IMG/VR virus record: IMGVR_UViG_3300024344_002032
Span: 23,859-87,858 of that record
Source of the DNA: a virus
DNA: 64,000 bases
Strand: one strand, 5' to 3'
Shown: positions 18,230 to 29,239 of the stretch, one piece after another
Numbering within the stretch: the stretch's first letter is position 1
Layout: each line of letters starts with the position of its first letter
Made by a program: the position numbers and the translations under genes
The notes under the pieces: model-generated
Told to the model about the DNA's origin: nothing
Seen by the model: the letters and a program-made list of their open reading frames with translations, nothing else
Database searches by the model: none

Positions 18230-19717
18230 TTATTTAGTAAAAACCTTTACTCCATAACGATCTTCAAAGTCTTGTGCATCTTTCTCATCATTGACGATTG
18301 GTTGACCTTTTATATTCAAACTTGTATTTAAAACCATAGGACAACCTGTTTCTTTATAAAATTCTTTAATTAATCTGTAATAATTAGGATTATCTTCTTT
18401 AGAAACAGTTTGAACTCTTGATGTTCCGTCAACATGACAAATAGCAGGATATTTATCAGGATACTTACAATTTGCTACAAACTGCATAAACTGAGACTTA
18501 CGAACTGGCATATCAAATATCTCATGAGCGTGTTCTTCCAATACACTTGGTGCGAATGGTCTAAATTCTTGTCTATGTTTAATCTTATTTACTTTATCTT
18601 TTATATCTTTACCTCTTGGATCAGCAAGTAAACTTCTATTACCTAATGCTCGTGGACCATATTCAGCTTTACCATTTGCTACACCAACTATGTTACCCTT
18701 TAGTAACTCACCAAGAACTTTCTTTACAGGATATCTACCTTTTATATTATGTCCGATAAAACATTGTTCAAAGTTAATCTTATCACCATAAACATAAGCT
18801 GCTGAACCTAATGATGAACCTGCATCACCTGGATTTGGCATAATCCATATATCTGGATACATATGTTTAGCTACAAGTGTATTAGCTACACAATTTAATG
18901 CAACTCCACCCATATAAACACAATTATTTGTTTGAGGAACTAATAACTTTGCTAATTTCATAATTTTTAATATTTCTTCTTCACATATCCGTTGAACATT
19001 AGCAGCGATAGTAAAATTCCATTCGTCTGATTCATCGTCTGGATAATATTGAGAATCCCAATCTAAACATCCCCTATGTAAATTTCGTTTAAGGTTTAAA
19101 GTGTCATCATTAAAGAAACTATCCCGTATCTCATATGATATGTGTTCATCCCATTTTCCCCAACCAGCCATACCCATTAGGATGTATTCATCTTCTTGTG
19201 GTTTCAATTCTAATCTTTGTGTCATAGCTGAATACCATAAACCTAATGAATGTGGATACTTTCTACTCCACTTTTTTTCAAACTTACCATCCTTTACGTA
19301 CCAAATAGTAGCACAATCCCACTCACCGATTGCATCTATTACTACAACAACTGCTTCATCAAATGGTGAAGTGTAATATCCTGCTGATGCGTGTGATAGA
19401 TGATGATGAACATAATGTATTTTTTGGTTTATACCAAATTGTTTTAGATACTGTTTAGGTGTATTTTGTCTTGTGAAGACTTCACTATATTGACCTGCGT
19501 AAAGTTGTCGTGTCTTTTTGAGATATGGTTTTTCAAACCAAACTACTTTATCTGGTTTACCAAAAGATAGAGCTTCATCTATTATCTCTTGATTTAGATC
19601 CGAATCGTTTTTCTTACCACTATATCTTTCTGAATGTGCTCCGAATAGTATTTCACCATCTTCAATGACACAAACTGCCGCATCGTGGTTTAATGCGTTA
19701 ATGCCTAATATTCTCAT
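18230..19717 (-). CDS. Carbamoyltransferase (NodU/CmcH/TobZ family)
   Basis: HDAA...ERYS, HHLSH, DAIGE, GGVALNC, GDAG, EYGPRALGNRS, RPFAP, HVDGTSRVQTV and LNTSLN motifs. Confidence 0.95.
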   Translation of the reverse strand: MRILGINALNHDAAVCVIEDGEILFGAHSERYSGKKNDSDLNQEIIDEALSFGKPDKVVWFEKPYLKKTRQLYAGQYSEVFTRQNTPKQYLKQFGINQKIHYVHHHLSHASAGYYTSPFDEAVVVVIDAIGEWDCATIWYVKDGKFEKKWSRKYPHSLGLWYSAMTQRLELKPQEDEYILMGMAGWGKWDEHISYEIRDSFFNDDTLNLKRNLHRGCLDWDSQYYPDDESDEWNFTIAANVQRICEEEILKIMKLAKLLVPQTNNCVYMGGVALNCVANTLVAKHMYPDIWIMPNPGDAGSSLGSAAYVYGDKINFEQCFIGHNIKGRYPVKKVLGELLKGNIVGVANGKAEYGPRALGNRSLLADPRGKDIKDKVNKIKHRQEFRPFAPSVLEEHAHEIFDMPVRKSQFMQFVANCKYPDKYPAICHVDGTSRVQTVSKEDNPNYYRLIKEFYKETGCPMVLNTSLNIKGQPIVNDEKDAQDFEDRYGVKVFTK

Positions 19718-19725
19718 TATAACCT

Positions 19726-21012
19726 CTAACCATTAAATGAACTATACTCCATAGACTCTGGATTTAATTTGTTTAACCAATGATACAAATCTTCAAACCT
19801 TGCTTCTAAATCTTTATTTCTAGCCAACAACTTTCCACTTTCTTTTTCATATAAGTTTACATGACTTTTTGATGGATAAGACTGAACATATTCTCTAAAC
19901 CTTTTATGTATTATCTCTACACCATAGAAATCAGGATTCATATAAATAGGTGTGCCAGGATAAGGTGTGAATAATAAACAAATCCACTTATCAGGTTTTA
20001 AATCTAATACAAACTTCTTTGTTGCTTCTATTGATTCTTTTGTTTCACCAGGTAAACCTGTAATAATATAAACCTTAGCTTTCATTCCCCACTTCTGTAT
20101 AACTTGAACTGCATCTTTGTGCATATTATTAGTTGCTTTACCAGCTTTATTAATAAGTTTTAGTATGTCGTCATCTGCTGATTCGAATCCTATACCAACT
20201 TCTCTACAACCTGCATGATATAATAACTCACAATACTCATCATTTAATAATACTGAACTAATGGAACATCTAAATCTGATATCCAATTCGTGTAACATTG
20301 GTGCTAATCTTTCGAACCTTTTTTTATCTATGATTATATTATCGTCTAAAAATCTAAAATGTTTTACACCATACTTATCAATCATAAGTTTTATTTCTTC
20401 TACGATATTCTCAGCACTTCTAAATCTTGTTTTTTGTTGTAGGTTAGCACAAAAAGCACAAGCGAAAGGGCAACCTCTACTTGACATAAGTGTTGCACCA
20501 ATCACATTACTTTCATAGTTGTATCCACCCCACAAATCTGCACTAGCTGCTCTATGGTCAGGTAATAAATGTCTAGCTGGATGTGGTATTGTATCTAAAT
20601 CAACAACTCTATCACCTCTATGAACACCTGTAGGTTTATCTGTACATATTTTAGTTATGATTGCTTCTGCTTCATCTTGAACTACACAATCGAAATGATC
20701 GACACAATCATCTGGTAACCAAGTTGCGTGAGGACCACCAATAATAGTATATGCTTTATCACCATATTTCTTTTTGATATTACTAGCCACTTCTTTCATG
20801 TCATCTATTTGTGGTGTAACTGCAGTTAAACAATAGATATCACCTGGTGGTGGATTATCATATGTATTGAAGTCTTCTCTTAAATCCCACAACTCACATT
20901 CAAAACCATCTCTTTCTAAGACAGCCGCAATGTATAATGGACCCAAAGGTGCGTATGCAAATTGTTTTGCATCCATTTTAGCATCGGGATTTACTATAAT
21001 TACCTTTTCCAT
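19726..21012 (-). CDS. B12-binding radical SAM protein (class B methyltransferase-like)
   Basis: PLGPLYIAA, GGPH, SRGCPFACAFC, DDN, GFES, GLPGET, PYPGT; start revised to 21012. Confidence 0.9.
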   Translation of the reverse strand: MEKVIIVNPDAKMDAKQFAYAPLGPLYIAAVLERDGFECELWDLREDFNTYDNPPPGDIYCLTAVTPQIDDMKEVASNIKKKYGDKAYTIIGGPHATWLPDDCVDHFDCVVQDEAEAIITKICTDKPTGVHRGDRVVDLDTIPHPARHLLPDHRAASADLWGGYNYESNVIGATLMSSRGCPFACAFCANLQQKTRFRSAENIVEEIKLMIDKYGVKHFRFLDDNIIIDKKRFERLAPMLHELDIRFRCSISSVLLNDEYCELLYHAGCREVGIGFESADDDILKLINKAGKATNNMHKDAVQVIQKWGMKAKVYIITGLPGETKESIEATKKFVLDLKPDKWICLLFTPYPGTPIYMNPDFYGVEIIHKRFREYVQSYPSKSHVNLYEKESGKLLARNKDLEARFEDLYHWLNKLNPESMEYSSFNG

Positions 21013-22031
21013 TAATTTTCTCTCCAAACATCAGCAGTTACACAATGAAATGAACCACCAAGCGTTCTTGAATGTCTTATTTGTAAAGGAACACTATCAA
21101 TTTTATGTTTTTGCAATAATTTTCGTAATTTTACTTGACTTTTATCCAAAATAACTGTATTTTCATCAATTGACAACAAATTTAACCCAATCCAAGTCGA
21201 TGCGTGATTAAAATCACCATAATATCCGATATCTTCACAAGGTGGACACCAAATCTTATCCCAACTCTTCAAAACTTCTGGCATATTGTCTTCATTTACT
21301 CTTTCTGGGTTCAATAAACACAATCCCTCTCTCAAAAGAGCTATAGTTGAATCAATATGAACATAAGAATACATATTTTCAAGAACATGAACCTTATATT
21401 CATCACCTAAAAAGTTTTGTAACCATTTTGCACCAAGTTTATTACCTGTGTTCGATAATAAATATAAGATATCATCGTTACATCTTAAAATATTTGCTGC
21501 ATCAAAGATTGGTTCTGCATTTGTAAGTGTTAACTCATCTAAGTTATATCTCTGATAGTTATCATCAGTTAATCTTGGTTTTGGTGCTGATACCCATCTT
21601 GCACCATCTTTCATATAGTCAATAAACTGATCTCTGAATCCAAATGTTTCAAAATAACGAGACCTTAAAGTCATTGGTGATTCTATAATTGTATCACCGA
21701 TTACTGTAACACTATCTCTTGGACAAAATGTATAATATCCGTCTGACATCCAATCTGGTGTTTGAAATATTTTTGTATTTTCCATAGGTTTCATTCTACG
21801 AACTTTAATGTTGAAAAAAGTTTTTAGAGATTGAGAAAGAATATCCAAATCTTCTTTTGTTTCTTCTATAACTTGTTCGGGATAATATCCTACATACACA
21901 TCGTCAATATTATTCATATGTGCATAATTAATACAATGTAAATCTTTACTTTTAATTGGATTGTTTGCATACTCTGCAGTTCCAACAAAGACTTCTCTTA
22001 ATCTATCCCATTCGTTATTAACTCTAACCAT
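21012..22031 (-). CDS. Amidinotransferase (glycine / inosamine-phosphate amidinotransferase family)
   Basis: NEWDRL, CPRD, FDAAN, HIDST and GGSFHCVT motifs. Confidence 0.92.
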   Translation of the reverse strand: MVRVNNEWDRLREVFVGTAEYANNPIKSKDLHCINYAHMNNIDDVYVGYYPEQVIEETKEDLDILSQSLKTFFNIKVRRMKPMENTKIFQTPDWMSDGYYTFCPRDSVTVIGDTIIESPMTLRSRYFETFGFRDQFIDYMKDGARWVSAPKPRLTDDNYQRYNLDELTLTNAEPIFDAANILRCNDDILYLLSNTGNKLGAKWLQNFLGDEYKVHVLENMYSYVHIDSTIALLREGLCLLNPERVNEDNMPEVLKSWDKIWCPPCEDIGYYGDFNHASTWIGLNLLSIDENTVILDKSQVKLRKLLQKHKIDSVPLQIRHSRTLGGSFHCVTADVWREN

Positions 22032-23176
22032 TAGAAAAATCCTTTTTCATGTCCAGTCTTCAATTCATTTTCTGAATACTTGTAATGACCATCACTTATT
22101 CTAGCTGCATATTTATTGTAATCATAATATCTACATTGACTACTACATTTTTTCCAACTAAGAAAGTTTTTCATCTTGTCCAACAAATCATCTCTCTGTA
22201 AAAAATCAAGTCCATTTTCTATCCAATCATCAATAACATAATCTTGATTTCCTAAATGTTCACAACACCACAAAACATTACCATTAGAATTTACAACCAC
22301 ATAAAATAAAGGTGCAAAGCATTGTTTTACGTGATGTGTCCAATCTATATCAGACCAAGAATAATTCTCTATATTAGAACTTGGTTCATTAATTAATTTT
22401 GAATGTCGTTGTTTACCAAACGTTCCTTTGTAACTTATACCTTTTTCTTCACAATAATTTCTAACTTCAACTTCTACCTCTTCCCAAGTATACCCATCAG
22501 GTGGTTCTAATGTTCTTTTACCAGCTCTTTCCATTGTTGCAGTTCTATCACTAAAATAAACAATTCTTTGAAAATATTCATCAAAACCCATTTCAACTGC
22601 TAAATCAACATTAGCTTTTAAATCAGAAATTTCTTTGTTGTAATCATTAATCAAAACTTTATAAGTAAAAAAAGTACCATAACTTTGAAACTGATTCATT
22701 TTTTCGGATATACTTTTTTTAACCTTTTCTAAGTTACCTTTTCTTATAATAAAATATTTTTCTGGATCTGCAGTATCAATATCTATACCTACCCAACTTG
22801 GTTTATAATCTTCTGTAAAATTTAGATGTCTAAATCTTGCTCCATTAGTTATTAATCCTACCTTATATCCTTTTCTTAAAACATGATTTATAATTTTATC
22901 AGCATCTTTATGATCTAATGGTTCTCCACCTCCTGAAAAGGTAACATCATTAATACCATCGGGTAAATTATCTATAAAATTTATCCAATCCTCAGTAGTT
23001 GCTTTATCAGGATTATGTTCTCTAAATATTTCCGAATTACAATAATAGCAAGCTTGATGACAAGTATTAGTTATTTGCAATTCAATACTTAATGGTACTG
23101 GTGTTTTACCATGATTTATAATATCATTTAATCTTTCGAAATGATATTGTGCTTTGTTGACTAATCCCTCACTCAC
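22031..23176 (-). CDS. Radical SAM protein with C-terminal SPASM/twitch-like Cys cluster
   Basis: CHQACYYC, SGGGEP, ITNG; C-terminal C...WCC...C-x3-C. Confidence 0.85.
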   Translation of the reverse strand: MSEGLVNKAQYHFERLNDIINHGKTPVPLSIELQITNTCHQACYYCNSEIFREHNPDKATTEDWINFIDNLPDGINDVTFSGGGEPLDHKDADKIINHVLRKGYKVGLITNGARFRHLNFTEDYKPSWVGIDIDTADPEKYFIIRKGNLEKVKKSISEKMNQFQSYGTFFTYKVLINDYNKEISDLKANVDLAVEMGFDEYFQRIVYFSDRTATMERAGKRTLEPPDGYTWEEVEVEVRNYCEEKGISYKGTFGKQRHSKLINEPSSNIENYSWSDIDWTHHVKQCFAPLFYVVVNSNGNVLWCCEHLGNQDYVIDDWIENGLDFLQRDDLLDKMKNFLSWKKCSSQCRYYDYNKYAARISDGHYKYSENELKTGHEKGFF

Positions 23177-24024
23177 AATAATTTCCTTATATCATCAATT
23201 AAAAAATCTACTACATCAGAATGAATTTGTTTACCATCATGACCATTATCTCTTGCTTTATCATTAGATTTGTTATGTATAATTTTTAAACTATCTTTTT
23301 CTATAAATCCAAAAGGTTTATTACCACTTTCAAAATCACCAGACCAAGTCCAATGATAAACGGGAACATCTAAAGCTTTCCATAAAGTATCTACAGAATA
23401 GAAATTAAAAAAAGTATCTTTATAAACTTCTCCATATTCTTTTAACCATCTAGTTTTATACCAACGACTATCTTTATTTGAAATATCACTATTCACTTTA
23501 AAATTAATAAAATTTAATTGAGAGTGAAAGGATTTTTTAAATGTAGGTAGTCGTAGAGTATGTGCAAAGCTTCTTCTAAAAGCTTGTGGCCATTGATAAA
23601 TTACTAATTTTGGTTTATGTTTAATTAAGTTTTTAACATACAATATAGTATTGTTATAACAAATATCACTACCACTACCATGTTTTGCTAAATTAAAAAC
23701 ATCAATACCAAGTTCTTTACATAACTTCTCACACCATATATCCTTTTGATATAATCCAACACCCTCTGTATAACTACAACCAAATACTAAAGCAAAGTCT
23801 TTATCTAAATCATTTATGTTTTTAGTTCTATATCCCCATTCATTAAAATTATATACTAAGTCTTCACTATTTTCATATTCCCAACCAGGTTTATTATTTT
23901 TATTATACTCTGCTTCAGAATCAGTACTCCAAAATTTTAATGTTTGTGATTGAACCTCATCATCAATTAATATAGGATAATCTTTGAACTTCCTCTGCTT
24001 CAATTTTAATAATCTCAGCTTCAC
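23173..24024 (-). CDS. SGNH-like hydrolase / acyltransferase candidate
   Basis: FGCSYTEG, NLA-x2-G-x-G and C-terminal DNGH. Confidence 0.55.
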   Translation of the reverse strand: MKLRLLKLKQRKFKDYPILIDDEVQSQTLKFWSTDSEAEYNKNNKPGWEYENSEDLVYNFNEWGYRTKNINDLDKDFALVFGCSYTEGVGLYQKDIWCEKLCKELGIDVFNLAKHGSGSDICYNNTILYVKNLIKHKPKLVIYQWPQAFRRSFAHTLRLPTFKKSFHSQLNFINFKVNSDISNKDSRWYKTRWLKEYGEVYKDTFFNFYSVDTLWKALDVPVYHWTWSGDFESGNKPFGFIEKDSLKIIHNKSNDKARDNGHDGKQIHSDVVDFLIDDIRKLL

Positions 24025-24740
24025 TTGAAAACCTTTCTTTTAGATATATCATAATAATTTTCCCAACTATAAACATCTTCATTTACTTCTGGTACTGAAT
24101 CTATTAGTAATATTCCTCTAGCAGCATCTTCAGGTATCATATTCATATGCCAACCTATAATAGCAAATTCATCATCTCCATAATGTACATTCATATTACG
24201 ACCATCATGACTTGCAAGTTTTAACCATTCATATTCTTTTTTATCATCGGTTAGTATCATACCACCTGCACCAATCGGAATTCTTTTTTTAACTTGAAAA
24301 GATACTACTTGTAAAGCACCATCACCAACATACATATCTTTTGTCCATCTTGTAGCACCATCTACAAGATTAAATGGTTCTAAATCATAAATACCTTTCC
24401 ATTTTATATCTTCAAACTTAACTTCAAAACCTGCATTTATAACAGTCATTGGAACTGAAATATAAGTTCTTGATGGAACTGTAATTGTAGTTGGAAAATC
24501 TTTTTGATTTCCATACATAGCTTGATAATACTTTAAACATAAAAATATTCCACTACTTGAACTATTTACAGCAACACCATATTTACTACCTGCAAACTTT
24601 GCTACCTTTTTTTCAAAAATATCAATGATATCAATTGGGTCTGAAAAATCATATCCAGCTTCTTTTAATTCAGTAAGTTCTGAACGTTCTTTTTTTCCTA
24701 ATTTTCCATAAGGCCAAGGTAAGTATTTTACATCATCCAT
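24021..24740 (-). CDS. DegT/DnrJ/EryC1/StrS sugar aminotransferase, short form
   Basis: FEKKVAKFAG...AVNS, VDGA, SFQVKK (PLP Lys), GGMILT. Confidence 0.85.
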   Translation of the reverse strand: MDDVKYLPWPYGKLGKKERSELTELKEAGYDFSDPIDIIDIFEKKVAKFAGSKYGVAVNSSSSGIFLCLKYYQAMYGNQKDFPTTITVPSRTYISVPMTVINAGFEVKFEDIKWKGIYDLEPFNLVDGATRWTKDMYVGDGALQVVSFQVKKRIPIGAGGMILTDDKKEYEWLKLASHDGRNMNVHYGDDEFAIIGWHMNMIPEDAARGILLIDSVPEVNEDVYSWENYYDISKRKVFK

Positions 24741-25869
24741 TTTTTTCTACCATGTTTATATAATCATCTCTATCTGATTTTTTAAATTTATTTTCTGGAT
24801 ATATTCCTGGTATTTTATTATAATCTTGTGCAAAAGTACTCCATGTTGATTGTCCAAATTTAATTAAAAATGAACAATGAGCTAAAGAAAACAAATCCAC
24901 TATATTTTTGAAAACATATCTATGAAATCCAGATGGTGCTTCCAAACTTTTATTGCGTCTCATTTCTCTCCTAATTACAGGTGAAGAATTAACAATACTA
25001 TCATAATCAACAATATCATATTTATCATAAAATATTTGTAAATTACTTTTAGGAATATCTGTACTAATATAAAACTTTTGATTTGGGTTTATTTTTAACA
25101 TCTCATCCATCACATACATATAAGTACTATTATTAATAGCAGTATAACCAATTGAATCTCCTGTATACTTACATATAAAATTTCCATTCTCATCAACCCA
25201 ACCCTTTAATTCTTCCACACGTTCCTCTAATGTTTGTGATTTATTTTTTCCAGCTACATTTATATCTATTGTATCTAATAGTTCTTTATGATCAAGTTTC
25301 CAATCTATTGGTTCACCATTTCTAAAATTTTTATCATCATCTTCATCTCTATGAACTCCAGTAGGCCATCTTCGTATATGTATTCCTACAACATTTTTTG
25401 TATTTTGTTTTATATATTTATCGACAACTTTATTTTCAATAGTTATTAATTGGAAAGGTCTACTTATTAATTCAGGAGTATCACCTACAAATTCACTAAA
25501 TTCATCTATAAAATTAAATCCAAAATCTGCATACCAATCTTTATTTATATCTAACCTATAATCTTTGGTTTTTGACATTTTACCCATTAATTTTTTCGTA
25601 ATTGGATCGTGTCCATAATAAAATTTTGCTGCTATAACATTATATCTTTTATCTCTTAAATCATCTGTTTTAACAATAGATGTGTGTGGAATATTCAAAT
25701 ATTGTAATTCTGGCCAAAAAGCTTGTTCAACTAATATATTAAATTTAAAATTATTAACTTTATTTATACCATAAGCTATTTCCCAATGCATAAGTCTATT
25801 ACACAATCCTGTATCTTCTGGTAACATAGACCCACCCCAGGGTTCTTTCCATCTTAAATTATTCATCAA
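24733..25869 (-). CDS. Fucosyltransferase-like glycosyltransferase (GT11 / NodZ-like)
   Basis: GLCNRL, VGIHIRR, FYISTD, DLFSLAHC and STWS motifs. Confidence 0.7.
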   Translation of the reverse strand: MMNNLRWKEPWGGSMLPEDTGLCNRLMHWEIAYGINKVNNFKFNILVEQAFWPELQYLNIPHTSIVKTDDLRDKRYNVIAAKFYYGHDPITKKLMGKMSKTKDYRLDINKDWYADFGFNFIDEFSEFVGDTPELISRPFQLITIENKVVDKYIKQNTKNVVGIHIRRWPTGVHRDEDDDKNFRNGEPIDWKLDHKELLDTIDINVAGKNKSQTLEERVEELKGWVDENGNFICKYTGDSIGYTAINNSTYMYVMDEMLKINPNQKFYISTDIPKSNLQIFYDKYDIVDYDSIVNSSPVIRREMRRNKSLEAPSGFHRYVFKNIVDLFSLAHCSFLIKFGQSTWSTFAQDYNKIPGIYPENKFKKSDRDDYINMVEKNG

Positions 25870-26503
25870 TTCTTTTTTTCCATGTTTCAGGTAATTCTCT
25901 ATCTTGTTCTAAAGAAAAGCCTGTCAATACATATCTTTCTGCTAAAGCCCATGTATTTGTTGGTGTTACCCAATGTCCTATTCTAGCACCATGATTTGTT
26001 AACACTAATCTATTTGGATTTGGTAATATTGTGCTTATATTATTGTTTTTTGTAAAATGCAATAACCCACCCCAATCATATTTCCATTGTGTATCATTGA
26101 CATAAAATATGTATCCACACAAACCCATATAATCATCATAATGTAATCTGATAAAATCTTTACCATCGTTTTGATATTTATTTGCTTGATGCATAAATCT
26201 ATCAACTTTGTTTTCTGTAAGTTTAAGCATACGTGGTTTTATATAATCTTCGAAAACTTGTTCAAATATTTCATGTTTTAATATAGACTTACTATCCCAC
26301 ATATGAGCTAAATAATCTTCATTTTCTGATGGGAAGTTTTTATCATTTTCTGTTTTCCAAATTTCATATCTTCCTTGTCTGATTTGTGTAACCTCTTCAT
26401 AATCTTTTGCATATCTACAGACATCATTTATTTTATTGTACATATGCTCAGGTAATAAATCATCAATTATTACATAACCATTTTTTTCATAATCAGAGAA
26501 CAT
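25859..26503 (-). CDS. 2OG-Fe(II) oxygenase
   Basis: HYD...WGG...PNRLV...H-x-V...R. Confidence 0.8.
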   Translation of the reverse strand: MFSDYEKNGYVIIDDLLPEHMYNKINDVCRYAKDYEEVTQIRQGRYEIWKTENDKNFPSENEDYLAHMWDSKSILKHEIFEQVFEDYIKPRMLKLTENKVDRFMHQANKYQNDGKDFIRLHYDDYMGLCGYIFYVNDTQWKYDWGGLLHFTKNNNISTILPNPNRLVLTNHGARIGHWVTPTNTWALAERYVLTGFSLEQDRELPETWKKRIDE

Positions 26504-27401
26504 GATTTTCCTTATACCATTTGATTGTCTTTTCTAATCCCTCTTTCAATGTGTATTTACATTTCCAACCTAACTCATTCATTATCTTTGTAGAATCAAT
26601 TTTACGTACTGGTATCATTGGTTTCATACCACCTACGTATTCTATTGGTGCATCATAGTTTTCAATTTCCATACACATTGATAATACTTCATTTACAGAA
26701 TGGGCTGTATTACTTCCAATGTTCCATATAGAATAATCATCTACTTTTTTGACAATAAGTTCTAAAGCAGTAACCACATCATCTATATGAATCAAATCTC
26801 TTATTTCAGAACCATCTCCCCAAACTTTAATTGGATTATGTTTATCTACTACTTTTCTAATTGTAGCAGGTGTTACATGACATTTATCAAAATCCCATTT
26901 ATCTCCAGGTCCAAATATATTCGCAGGTCTAACAACTATACACTGCATAGTTTTATCTAAACGATTAGAATACATATCACATAATACTTCTGCATATCTT
27001 TTCATCCAACCAACAGGAAAATATGCAGGATATGGTTCATCAAAAATATAGTCAGTTTCTTTTACTGATCTCTCATTTGATGGTGGATAAATTGTAGAAC
27101 TACTGATAAAAATAAACTTCTTCACACCACTATGATAAGAAGCATCCATTACATTAGCATTCATAGCGACATTTGGTGTAACGTGAACTAATGGTGATTT
27201 CTCTGTATCAAAAGCGTTTGATGTATTTGCTGCACAATGAATGACAGTATCATAACCCTCAATAATACTTTTACATTTACTTAATGATGTTAAATCTGCA
27301 TCCTTTGAACCAATACCATCAACATCCATTCCTTTTTCTTTTAAGTGTATATATAAATTTGAACCAATCAAACCTGTATATCCTGTTATTAATATTCTCA
27401 T
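26493..27401 (-). CDS. NDP-sugar epimerase/reductase (GDP-fucose synthase-like SDR)
   Basis: ITGYTGLIG, RPANIFGPGD, WGDGSEIRD; VGWMK at the YxxxK position. Confidence 0.85.
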   Translation of the reverse strand: MRILITGYTGLIGSNLYIHLKEKGMDVDGIGSKDADLTSLSKCKSIIEGYDTVIHCAANTSNAFDTEKSPLVHVTPNVAMNANVMDASYHSGVKKFIFISSSTIYPPSNERSVKETDYIFDEPYPAYFPVGWMKRYAEVLCDMYSNRLDKTMQCIVVRPANIFGPGDKWDFDKCHVTPATIRKVVDKHNPIKVWGDGSEIRDLIHIDDVVTALELIVKKVDDYSIWNIGSNTAHSVNEVLSMCMEIENYDAPIEYVGGMKPMIPVRKIDSTKIMNELGWKCKYTLKEGLEKTIKWYKENHVL

Positions 27402-28363
27402 AATGCTGCCCCATATGTTAAAGGAAATCCATTTCTAAAATGACTTGTATCATTATTTATTATTATTTGATAAGCCATTATTAATTCTTTTATACCATCA
27501 TCTAAATTATATTTAGGTAGCCAACCTGTGCTTTCTACTTTTTCATTACTTACAATGTAATCTCTTTTGTCAGGATCCTCATAATAATCAGAATAAGTAA
27601 TAGCAAAATCTGAAATATATTTTTTAATCAACTCAGCTAATTGTTGTTTGTTAATATTTGCATCCGATAATCCTACATTGAATATCTCACCTCTATGTAT
27701 ATCACGAAGAACAACCATCCATTCAAATACTGAAGCTACATCTCTGATATGAATATAGTTACGAACTGCTTTTCTTTCAAAGATAGTAATATATTTATCC
27801 GTCAATGCTTTATAAACAAATTCATTAACTAATAAATCTAATCTCATTCTTGGTGATACACCAAACACCGTAGCAAATCTAAAGATAATTGCATTACCAT
27901 TTTGTAATAATATATCTTCTGCATTACATTTGGTTATTCCATAATGACTAATTGGTTGTAATTTTTGGTTTTCCTTACATATACCACTTGAACGAGTTCC
28001 ATAACCACTATTTGTATTTGGAAAAATAATAGTTTGTTCTTTAGATGTATTAGTTATTAAATCATATATCTGATTATAATTTACCTCTTCTGCTAATTGT
28101 TTATCTTTTTCACAAGCAGGAAAACCAACTATCGCAGCCAATGGTATTATCACATCTGCTTTCTGTACATACTCATTTAATTTTTTATAATCTCTAACAT
28201 CACCGTATACAAATTTAAAATTAGATTTATAGCATAAATCACTCAATGTTAATTGATTATACATTAAGTTATCATATACAGTTACATCATATCCCTTATT
28301 TACTAAAAGAGGTGTAATAACTGATCCTAAATATCCTGCTCCACCTGTAATTAATATATTCAT
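27398..28363 (-). CDS. NAD-dependent epimerase/dehydratase
   Basis: ITGGAGYLG, YGITK, FRFATVFG. Confidence 0.9.
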   Translation of the reverse strand: MNILITGGAGYLGSVITPLLVNKGYDVTVYDNLMYNQLTLSDLCYKSNFKFVYGDVRDYKKLNEYVQKADVIIPLAAIVGFPACEKDKQLAEEVNYNQIYDLITNTSKEQTIIFPNTNSGYGTRSSGICKENQKLQPISHYGITKCNAEDILLQNGNAIIFRFATVFGVSPRMRLDLLVNEFVYKALTDKYITIFERKAVRNYIHIRDVASVFEWMVVLRDIHRGEIFNVGLSDANINKQQLAELIKKYISDFAITYSDYYEDPDKRDYIVSNEKVESTGWLPKYNLDDGIKELIMAYQIIINNDTSHFRNGFPLTYGAAL

Positions 28364-29239
28364 CTAATGTATGTAATCTCCTATATGTTTTGAAATACAT
28401 AATCTATTTACTTCTGTACCTCTATTTAATTCTTTATGTTCGTCTCCACCAAAAGCAAACCCAACACAATCACTTTGTTCTAAATTGTGTTCTTTACAAA
28501 ATTTTTTAGATTCATTTCCCCATGTTTTCCAAGCATAATCTGGTTCAAACTCTTCTAATAATTTAATACCAATATATGCTGATAAATGATTGAATTGTTT
28601 CCATTCATTCATAATGTGTATATTATCATCATGATATTTTCGTGAATATCTCACACCAGCTCTTAATTTATTAGCATCATGAAAACCTTTACTCAAACTA
28701 AAGGTAATATCTTCAATACAACTATATTTTGAAAAATCAAAATCAATATTTTTTGCAATTAAATACCAAGCACAATCAATTAATACAGGAGCTCCTACTT
28801 CTTCACACTTGTCTAATACTTCTTTCATTCTTGGATGTTCTTTACAATAATCAGAAAATGGTAAACTTATAATAACTGCGTCATTAAAAGAAATACCTGC
28901 ATCATCAATATAATCCCAATCATGATATTTCTTCCAATTAGCTTTATGATAAAAGAACTCACCTTTAAAACATTTAAATCTTCTTTTGTTGTGTCTCATC
29001 CAAAATGAATCAAATGCTTGACTTGTTCCATTAATATAAGCCTTATATTTAAAATCCTCTAAACCACTCAATTTATTATACTTAGATGCCTTTATATATT
29101 TATCAAATACATTACAAAATCCTTGTGATATTGTCTTAGCTTGGAAAAATAATACATTACCATAATCATCTTTCTCTGTATTTATTTTTTTTAAAATAGT
29201 ATTCCAAAAATGACTAACATCTTTATCTGGAACAGCTTT
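28364..29239 (-). CDS. PLP-dependent transferase-like protein; frame is open 56 codons beyond the track start and may be fused to the upstream ORF
   Basis: LIDCAW and FSLSK motifs. The frame has no stop up to 29239 (KAVPDKDVSHFW...) and no canonical start in that extension. Confidence 0.55.
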   Translation of the reverse strand, partial: KAVPDKDVSHFWNTILKKINTEKDDYGNVLFFQAKTISQGFCNVFDKYIKASKYNKLSGLEDFKYKAYINGTSQAFDSFWMRHNKRRFKCFKGEFFYHKANWKKYHDWDYIDDAGISFNDAVIISLPFSDYCKEHPRMKEVLDKCEEVGAPVLIDCAWYLIAKNIDFDFSKYSCIEDITFSLSKGFHDANKLRAGVRYSRKYHDDNIHIMNEWKQFNHLSAYIGIKLLEEFEPDYAWKTWGNESKKFCKEHNLEQSDCVGFAFGGDEHKELNRGTEVNRLCISKHIGDYIH

